A DNA stretch of 63,983 nt, the filler included, from Tortispora ganteri (taxonomy: Eukaryota), in the NCBI GenBank assembly GCA_003707115.1. It is 17 parts of 17 records of this genome, joined end to end, with 100 filler letters (N's around TTAATTAATTAA, not from the genome) between each part and the next. Parts side by side here need not be neighbours in the genome. Positions count along the whole stretch, not along the records: positions 54,078 to 57,450 come from PPNB01000096.1; positions 57,551 to 60,912 come from PPNB01000097.1; positions 61,013 to 63,983 come from PPNB01000107.1; 14 more parts are not named here. One strand, 5' to 3'. The translations under genes and the position numbers were made by a program. Shown piece after piece: positions 55,866-63,983 of the stretch (the first letter of the stretch is position 1; each line of letters begins with the position of its first letter). A model generated the notes under the pieces. It ran no database searches, was not told where the DNA came from, and saw nothing but the letters and a program-made list of their open reading frames with translations.

Positions 55866-57450
55866 ATGGTACAGACAATATACAGTACTATTGTAGAAAC
55901 GAACACGCTCATTTGCAGCCCACCTGTTGAAACTTCTACTGTCTACGGGCGCCTGTATACTTCTGAGTCTGGTACTACACGTGCGACTGTCTACGACAAC
56001 CAATGCGCGCCTTATGTGTCTACAGTTTCAGGCTGGTACTGCAACCAATGCACACCCGCTACGGTGACCTATGTACCTAGTCCGCCGCTCGTCAAAGACG
56101 ACTGCACCTATGTCTGGTCATACTACGAGTCCGTGTCTATGTCCGTGTCGGTTGACGTGCACGTTTCTATTGAGATTCCAGTTATTATCACGGAGACTAT
56201 AGTACCTCGGCGTCCGCCTACGCACCCCGCTACGCCACCCACCACAGCTACAGTAACTGTTCCAACGACAGCCCACACGACAGTGCCTGCAGACGCATGC
56301 TCAACCAGACCTGCCTACAGGGCAGGCGAAGTATTTGCCGCTATATTCGAGGGTGCGGTAGACTTGTTGTCGAGCGATATCCAGAACGGTGAGTACAGGA
56401 ACTACCAACGAGACAATGTGACCGCGAGAGTTTCGTCAAACTCTATATTGGCATCAGTATCGGAACAGGGCTATTTTGAGTACTTGTTTTACGTTGAACC
56501 ATCAGGCGACGTTGGGTTTGTAGATATACAGGCAAAGGATGCTAGTAACTTTGCAGATACTTATGCGTACGTGTACGAGGGTGAATTGGCCATGCGGTGC
56601 GATAACATGGAGCTTATTGGTACCTCTGGGACTTCTGGGACTGCCACTCTGGACAGTTCTAATGGGTTCAAGGCAAGTTTTCCGGTGGACTTTGACGGTG
56701 GATATTTGTTCCCAATTCGTATAGTGATTCCTGTTGCGGGCTTTGGATCGGCGGGTCAATTCAAGCGTCAGTCTGGAGTCTTTGTGACCGTGAGTGTGAT
56801 GTTCACTAGCATCAGTGGCGAGACAATAGCTATTTCAGTATATGGTTCTGCAAGTGGATCACCTGAGCCAGTTGAGCCTAGTTCTAGTCTGAGTCCTAGT
56901 TCTAGTTCTAGTTCTAGTTCTAGTTTGAGTTCTAGTTTGAGTTCTAGGTCTAGGTCTAGTTTGATTTCCAGTTCTAGTCTGAGTTCGAGTTTGAGTTCCA
57001 GTTCTAGTCTGAGTTCTAGTTTGAGTTCCAGTTCTAGTTTGAGTTCTAGTTCTAGTTCTAGTTTGAGTTCCAGTTCTAGTTCTAGTTTGAGTTCTAGTTT
57101 GAGTTCTAGTTTGAGTTCTAGTTTGAGTTCTAGTTTGAGTTCTAGTTTGAGTTCTAGTTTGAGTTCTAGTTTGAGTTCTAGTTCTAGTTCTAGTTTGAGT
57201 TCTAGTTCTAGTTCTAGTTTGAGTTCTAGTTTGAGTTCTAGTTTGAGTTCCAGTTCAAGTTCAAGTCCCAGTTCGAGTGTCAGTTCGAGCGTATCCAGCT
57301 CAGCTCAGTGGAGTTCTAGCGCCTCGAGTAGCAGCAGCTGTGGAGTGGTGTCAAACGCTTGCAAGTGCGAACCTTCACAGAGGCTGCTGGCAAGAAGGTG
57401 GGCGGTGAATCTTACGGAGTATACTGAAACGGAGGTAGCCGATGGGAAGT
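55866..57450 (+). CDS. Family member: N-domain, domain A, poly-Ser, start of variable domain (3' partial)
   Basis: Continuous ORF from MVQT to EVADGK. Confidence 0.9.
56878..57290 (+). repeat. AGT/TCT/TTG poly-Ser (SSSL) repeat
   Basis: Directly visible. Confidence 0.93.
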
Positions 57451-57940
57451 NNNNNNNNNNNNNNNNNNNNNNNNNNNNNNNNNNNNNNNNNNNNTTAATT
57501 AATTAANNNNNNNNNNNNNNNNNNNNNNNNNNNNNNNNNNNNNNNNNNNNATTTCAGTCGCTCTCTGCTGATACAATCATACGTATGGCAGATACATTTA
57601 GTGATAGCGTATCGAGAAAAGATGTTACTCAAAGGCGCAATATTGAGATAGCGAAACTTGAATCAGTGCATAACTAAAGGTTGCTAAAGAACAATAACGG
57701 ACATTATTTTTTTGTGCTTGACCCTTATTGATGATGACGAATTTATGAACATATATTTATTGCTGGATGAATATAATTCTAGTGCTATAGCGCTGCTATT
57801 GTTTTTCAATGCGAATACCCGTTGCCATGCAGAGATCACTATACATATAAAGCAGTTTGCGCATATGCGCGCATTGTGGGATGTAAAGAGATAAAAGCAA
57901 TATAGAATTTGATTTGATTAATACTGTGTTGTTGGACTAT

Positions 57941-58396
57941 ATGGCGGGAGGCAAAAGGCTGCGTATTCGTAGCTTTGTGGAGAGCGTGAAAGACATGATT
58001 CAAAGGGTGATTGAGCGGATCAGGGGAAGCGGGTATACGAGAGTGAATGAGACGGATTCTAGGTCGGCAAGTCATGCAGATTTAGGAAGTCAGAAAACAC
58101 ACATATTAAGAAGAAAAAGAAAGCGGACATTGAGCGAGTTTCTTTATGACAGCTGCACGGATCCTCTGAAAGCCGCTGAAGACAGCCTATGGAAGACTTA
58201 TGACAAGACTAAAACGCATATCCGCGTTCTTTCAGAAGATTTATTAGGCAAAGATTGTTCTGATAGCTTGCGCATAACTGCCAAACAAACGAAAGCTGCA
58301 GTCACAGGAATAGTAGCGGCTACTACAGCTAAACGATATTCTGCTAGGACCGATTCTTGGACCTCAGGACTGACTGAAGACTCGTATTTTGTTTAA
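57941..58396 (+). CDS. Hypothetical basic protein (151 aa)
   Basis: ATG-initiated ORF in AT-rich surroundings with an RRKRKR cluster; no family recognised. Confidence 0.35.
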   Translation: MAGGKRLRIRSFVESVKDMIQRVIERIRGSGYTRVNETDSRSASHADLGSQKTHILRRKRKRTLSEFLYDSCTDPLKAAEDSLWKTYDKTKTHIRVLSEDLLGKDCSDSLRITAKQTKAAVTGIVAATTAKRYSARTDSWTSGLTEDSYFV

Positions 58397-59362
58397 TACA
58401 TGTTAACTGATGCTATTTACGTGTATAAATGAGATTTATTGCGCTGCAGAATTACATATGATTAGTCTGTGCGTTTTTCTTCGTTTTTCTTCTTCATTCT
58501 GGCTTTGTTATAACTACAACCGGTTTAATAAAACCAGATTCACGATTTAAGTTACTAATATCCACAGATATTGAGTTTGAGTATTGTGTGTGGCATAAGA
58601 GGTTATTTTTACTTTAAATTAATATATATGATTTTTATGCAGGTCTGTTATGCATATTCGTGCTGCGAAACGCCTCAAAAGTGACATTTTACGTTGAGTT
58701 GAGAGATTCCGATTGCCTTAATTGTTTCGAAAAGTTTATTTCAATATAATTTAATACTCTTATTTTGATTCTTAGTTTTCTAGATTGGGTATTTTTTATG
58801 CAATTAAAAATATTCATTATTTTACTCCGCTTTGATCCGGCCAATCCTACCCTTTGAAAGTCATATTAGGCACTTAAAAAGATGACATAGGCAGCTTAAT
58901 TTCTTCTTATTAAAGATAACTTTTAGCTCAACCGCAGCAAACGCGGCTACTTGCATGTCCACGCGCTTCAAAGTACATCTATTTAGTAGCATAGATTATA
59001 ATATGTATTTTAAAATGCTCACTTGAATAATATTGATAGAACTGTTCAGGAGTCCCCCCCCTCCTTTCTCTACTCTCAATGTATTGCCTGTAGGACATAG
59101 CAGTATCCACTTCATAATCTTATCGGTATTAAAGTTCATAAAATCCTCATAGTTAAATGAAGATATTGTGGTTAACCATTGCATTTCCATCGGTTTACCC
59201 GCCGAAATCAGTGCAGTTACATTTCCGCAAATTAATAAGCTAATTAATTAAGAAAGTCCGATAAAATGCTATAATAGCACAAAACAGCTATTATATAGTC
59301 AAATATTAGCCACTCTCTTACATACCACTCAGTAACTATTCGGTCTTTTCTTGTTCACCAAA

Positions 59363-60912
59363 ATGTTGAGCACAGTAACTTTAACGGATACGTCTCTTTG
59401 TAAACCACCAACAACTACTACAACTGTCTATGAAAAGACTTATAGTAGCGCAAATGGTATAGTCACTGCTTATGATGATTATTGTATACCCGAGACAATA
59501 GTCGTCGATGACGTCTACTGTTGTGCCTGTACACCAACAGTTTTGACATATGTTCCTCAGGGCCCGCTAGTAAGCGAATCTCATACTTATGTATGGGATA
59601 TGTACCAAGAAATTTCGTTTTCCACATCTATTGCCTTCAATTTCACTATAGAGAAACCTTGTGCCGTTACCAAGTATGAAAATTATAATCCCAAACAGAC
59701 AACGCTAAGTTCTGTCGCAGGTATGACATATAGTCTGGTATCTAGCCATCATGCCAGTAGTATTACCAGCGAGATAAGCACTATAGTGAGCTCACCACTG
59801 GCGCATACCTTTGAGGATTTTGACATTTCAGTTAGAGAAGATTCGACGGCAGTTGAACCGACAACAGTCCCGGAAAGTCCAACTTCATACTTTTCAGGCA
59901 ATGACATTAGTACTGGAGATCCTTCCATTATTGTCGAGTCTTCCGGGATAATTACAGTACAGTCTTCTGTAGAGGTATCTTCGTCTGCGCAATTGCCATC
60001 ATATTACGCAGAATCTTCGTCAGTTTTGACTAATACTAGTAGTTCTAGCACTGTGCAAAACGACATGAGCAGCTCACATCCGACTACATCAGTGGATCTT
60101 TCATCTGATATTGAAGTAATAACGGCGATTCCCCCTGTAACAGCCACAAATGGCTTCCCTGGAGTTGTAACAGTGGTTTCTCCTGGAACGGGCCATAGCA
60201 TTAGTATCTCATCCTCGTCTTCACTATCGTCATCGCCTGGAGTTGAAACAGTGGTTTCTCCTGGAACGGGCCATAGCATTAGTATCTCATCCTCGTCTTC
60301 ACTATCGTCATCGTCTTACTCAGTATCTTTGTCAGATTCAACTGCCGGAACAAGCACAGATAGTTTCCCTGGAGTCATAACCATGATTCCTCCTTCTCCT
60401 GTCCCTCCTATCCCTACAAGCACAGATAGTTTCCCTGGAGTTATAACAATGATTCCTCCTGACCCTGTCCCTCCTATCCCTACTAGCTCGGATGGTTTCC
60501 CTGTTGTTATAACCATGATTCCTCCTTCTCCTGTCCCTCCTATCCCTACTAGCTCGGACGGTTTCCCTGGAGTTATAACAATGATTCCTCCTGCCCCTCC
60601 TGCAACAACAAGCTCGGATGGTTTCCCTGTTGTTATAACCATGATTCCTCCTTCTCCTGTCCCTCCTGTTCCTACTAGCTCGGACGGTTTCCCTGGAGTT
60701 ATAACAATGATTCCTCCTTCTCCTGTCCCTCCTATCCCTACTAGCTCGGATGGTTTCCCTGTTGTTATAACCATGATTCCTCCTTCTCCTGTCCCTCCTA
60801 TCCCTACTAGCTCGGACGGTTTCCCTGGAGTTATAACAATGATTCCTCCTTCTCCTGTCCCTCCTATCCCTACTAGCTCGGATGGTTTCCCTGTTGTTAT
60901 AACCATGATTCC
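59363..60912 (+). CDS. Most divergent family member: N-domain, Ser/Thr region, Pro-rich 22-aa repeats (3' partial)
   Basis: CKPP...YDDYCIP...YCCACTP...PLVSESHTYVW. Confidence 0.83.
60350..60912 (+). repeat. 66-bp coding repeat SSDGFP(G/V)VITMIPPSPVPPIPT
   Basis: About 8-9 units, alternating G/V variants. Confidence 0.95.
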
Positions 60913-61328
60913 NNNNNNNNNNNNNNNNNNNNNNNNNNNNNNNNNNNNNNNNNNNNTTAATTAATTAANNNNNNNNNNNNNNNNNNNNNNNNNNNNNNNN
61001 NNNNNNNNNNNNAAGTGATAACACTGCAAGCTATTGGATTGTACATGCTGGTCTTGCTAGTTTTTTTTTTTTGCAGCAAATCGAGAGCGCGAGTTCGACA
61101 CCAAAAGTCGTTAGGGTGAACTCTAAACTTTCGTTACCCAGCAATCCACCAAGGCCAACTTTAAGCTTATCCGTTATGATAGGCTCCGGTGACTAGCAGA
61201 ATGTCATAAATTCCAGGGCGAACAAGATAAGAATACTTTTCAAGTGGAAAAGCTAATGGGAGTTTTGGGGTATATGGTAGCACTTATAATAAGGGCGAGG
61301 CGCAGATTTTTGACGCCAGTTGCTCGCG

Positions 61329-63983
61329 ATGGTGCAGACAATATACAGTACTATTGTAGAAACGAACACGCTCATTTGCAGCCCACCTGTTGAGACTTCT
61401 ACTGTCTATGGGCGCTTGTACACTTCTGAGTCTGTTGCCACACGTGTGACTGTCTACGACGACCAATGCGCGCCTCATGTGTCTACAGTTTCAGGCTGGT
61501 ACTGCAACCAGTGCACACCCGCTACGGTGACATATGTACCTAGTCCGCCGCTCGTCAAAGACGACTGTACCTACGTCTGGTCATACTACGAGTCCGTGTC
61601 CATGTCGGTGTCGGTTGACGTGCACGTTTCTATTGAGATTCCAGTTATTATCACGGAGACTATAGTACCTCGGCGTCCGCCTACGCACCCCGCTACGCCA
61701 CCCACTACAGCTGCAGTAACTGTTCCAACGACAGCTCCCTCGACTGTGCCTGCAGACGCATGCTCAACTACACCTGCTTACAGCTCAGGCAAAGTATTTG
61801 CCGCTATATACGAGGGGGCAGTAGACTTGTCGTCGAGCGATATCCAGAACGGTGAATACAGGAATTACCAGCGAGACAATGTGGCCGCTACAGTCTCGTC
61901 AAACTCTATATCGGCATCAGTATCCGAACAGGGTTATGTCGAGTACCTTTTCTACCTTGAACCATCAGCTGACGTTGCGTTTGTAGATGTACAGGCACAG
62001 GATCCTAGTAACTTTGCAGATACTTACGCGTACCTCTTTGATGGCGAATTGGCTATGCGGTGCGATAACATGGACCTTATTGGTTCTTCTGGCTCTTCTG
62101 CCACTGCCCCTCTGGACAGTTCAAATGGGTTCAAAGCAAGTTTTCCCGTCGACTTTGCCGGTGGGTTCTTGTACCCAATCCGTATAGTCATTCCAGTTGC
62201 GGGCTTTGGATCGGCGGGTCAATTCAAGCGTCAAGCTGGGGTTTCCGTGATCGTGAGTATTGTGTTCACTACTACTAGTGGCGAGACAATATCCATATCT
62301 GTGTCTGCATCCACAAGTGGATCACCTGAGCCGGTTAATCCTATTTCTTCAGTTAGTTCAGCCTTATCGATTATATTGGAATCTAGTGTTTTTCCGGAGT
62401 CTTCTGTTGTTTCTAGCTCTTCAATTGCACCTAGCTCAGTTGCTGCTAGCTCATCAGTTGTTTCTAGCTCATCAGTTGTTTCTAGCTCATCAGTTGTTTC
62501 TAGCTCTCCAATTGCGCCTAGCTCAGTTGCTGCTAGCTCTCCAGTTGTTTCTAGCTCTCCAATTGCTGCTAGCTCATCAGTTGCTGCTAGCTCATCAGTT
62601 GCTGCTAGCTCATCAGTTGTTTTTAGCTCTTCAATTGTACCTAGCTCAATTGGGTCAGGATCCTCTGCTGCCTCCGGCTCATCAGTTGCTGCTAGCTCAT
62701 CAGTTGTTTCTAGCTCTTCAATTGCACCTAGCTCAGTTGCCTCAGGATCTGCTATTGTTTCCAGTTCTTTAGTTGCTGCTAGCTCAATTGCATCTAGATC
62801 CTCTATCGCTTCCGGGTCGTCTGCATCTTCCGACTCTAGCATCGGCTCGGGATCTTCAGCTTCCCCCAGCTCTTCTACCGCATTGGGCTCGAGTCTCGCC
62901 TCAAGTTCTAGCATGACTTCCGTTTCAACTACATTATCTTCTCCAGCAATTCCATCTGCCTCTAGCACTGCACTGAAATCCAGTTTTGGACGGAGCTCAT
63001 ATGGAAATTCTAGCACTAGTCAACTCTCTTCTGCCTCAAGTGCAGCAGCCGGATCCTCAGCTGCCTCTAGCTCCCCAGTTGCATCAGGATCTTCGGCTGC
63101 ACCCGGCTCTAGTGTTTTATCAGGATCTTCGACTGTATCAGGATCTTTAGCTGCGTCAGGATCTTCAGCTGCGTCAGGATCCTCAGCTGCGTCAGGATCC
63201 TCAGCTGCACTCAGCTCTAGTGTTGTATCAGGATCCTCAGCTGCGTCAGGATCCTCAGCTGTACCCAGCTCTAGTACTGTATCAGGATCTTCGGATGCGT
63301 CAGGATCCTCAGCTGCACCCAGCTCTAGTGTTGTATCAGGATCTTCGGCTGCGTCAGGATCATCAGCTGTACCCAGCTCTAGTGTTGTATCAGGATCTTC
63401 AGCTGCGTCAGGATCTTCGGCTGTACCCGGCTCTGGTGTTGTATCAGGCTCAGTTATTTCTACTGCTTCAAGTAATGCACTAAGTTCTAGTATTGGCTGG
63501 AGCTCATATGGTAATTCCAGCACTGGTCATATTGTTTCTGAATCGAGTTTTGCTCATGGATCAAGCGCCTTTTCTGATTCTAGTGTTTTCCCCTCTTCAT
63601 CGATTATAGGTTTGTCAAGCGTTCTATCTTCTTCATCAACTATAGGCAGCTCTAGTGGTTTGACGCCTTTGTCAAGTGCTGGAATATCTAGTGCCGGATC
63701 TCTGTCTTCGATATTGCCTAACTCGAGTGCCGGTCAAAGTTTGTCACCTAGTGCCTCGAGTGGTTTGGCATCTTCTGCAATAATCAGCAACTCAAGTGTG
63801 GTGTCGACCTCTTTCATAAGCTTCTCGAGTGCTGTCGTGTCAACTTCTGCATTTGGTAATTCAAGCATGTTGCCAAGTAGTTCAGTTGCTAGCTCGAGCG
63901 TTCTTGCGTCTTCGATGATCATAAGCAATTCAAGTGTTGTGCCAGCTTCATCGGTATTAAGCAACTGGAGCATCTTACCGACT
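61329..63983 (+). CDS. Long family member: N-domain, domain A, Ser/Ala/Gly stalk entering the NSS region (3' partial; absent from the ORF track because no stop is reached)
   Basis: ATG GTG CAG ACA at 61329; 885 codons to the window end. The last ~210 nt are homologous to the reverse complement of 4115-4325. Confidence 0.88.
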   Translation, partial: MVQTIYSTIVETNTLICSPPVETSTVYGRLYTSESVATRVTVYDDQCAPHVSTVSGWYCNQCTPATVTYVPSPPLVKDDCTYVWSYYESVSMSVSVDVHVSIEIPVIITETIVPRRPPTHPATPPTTAAVTVPTTAPSTVPADACSTTPAYSSGKVFAAIYEGAVDLSSSDIQNGEYRNYQRDNVAATVSSNSISASVSEQGYVEYLFYLEPSADVAFVDVQAQDPSNFADTYAYLFDGELAMRCDNMDLIGSSGSSATAPLDSSNGFKASFPVDFAGGFLYPIRIVIPVAGFGSAGQFKRQAGVSVIVSIVFTTTSGETISISVSASTSGSPEPVNPISSVSSALSIILESSVFPESSVVSSSSIAPSSVAASSSVVSSSSVVSSSSVVSSSPIAPSSVAASSPVVSSSPIAASSSVAASSSVAASSSVVFSSSIVPSSIGSGSSAASGSSVAASSSVVSSSSIAPSSVASGSAIVSSSLVAASSIASRSSIASGSSASSDSSIGSGSSASPSSSTALGSSLASSSSMTSVSTTLSSPAIPSASSTALKSSFGRSSYGNSSTSQLSSASSAAAGSSAASSSPVASGSSAAPGSSVLSGSSTVSGSLAASGSSAASGSSAASGSSAALSSSVVSGSSAASGSSAVPSSSTVSGSSDASGSSAAPSSSVVSGSSAASGSSAVPSSSVVSGSSAASGSSAVPGSGVVSGSVISTASSNALSSSIGWSSYGNSSTGHIVSESSFAHGSSAFSDSSVFPSSSIIGLSSVLSSSSTIGSSSGLTPLSSAGISSAGSLSSILPNSSAGQSLSPSASSGLASSAIISNSSVVSTSFISFSSAVVSTSAFGNSSMLPSSSVASSSVLASSMIISNSSVVPASSVLSNWSILPT

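Overview
Tail of a fungal draft assembly, most likely an ascomycete yeast (complex I present, no evident introns, CTG at conserved Leu positions). It consists of 17 small contigs in descending length (complete ones 4117 to 3362 bp) joined by artificial N44-TTAATTAATTAA-N44 linkers, so adjacency across linkers is meaningless. Housekeeping genes or fragments: ICP55, IRC3, GID7/WDR26, NDUFA12 (two haplotypes), ADE5,7, EME1/MMS4, GDE1 and an LRR protein. There is also the 5' half of a Ty1/copia retrotransposon (539-bp LTR, PBS matching a tRNA-Lys anticodon arm) and a 47-bp CCAAT-containing minisatellite. Most contigs carry members of one expanded modular gene family, partly in head-to-tail arrays. 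Its architecture is: an unrecognised ~105-aa Cys-containing N-terminal domain with no signal peptide, then a Pro/Thr linker, a GLEYA/PA14-like domain with a KR site, a Ser-rich stalk (often one N-x-S sequon per 10 aa), and a C-terminal GLEYA/PA14-like domain with no GPI tail. The terminal domain has a conserved framework and four hypervariable, length-polymorphic segments. Mosaic alleles, orphan domain fragments and replacement-only allelic differences suggest a recombination-diversified surface-recognition repertoire. That functional reading is inference.
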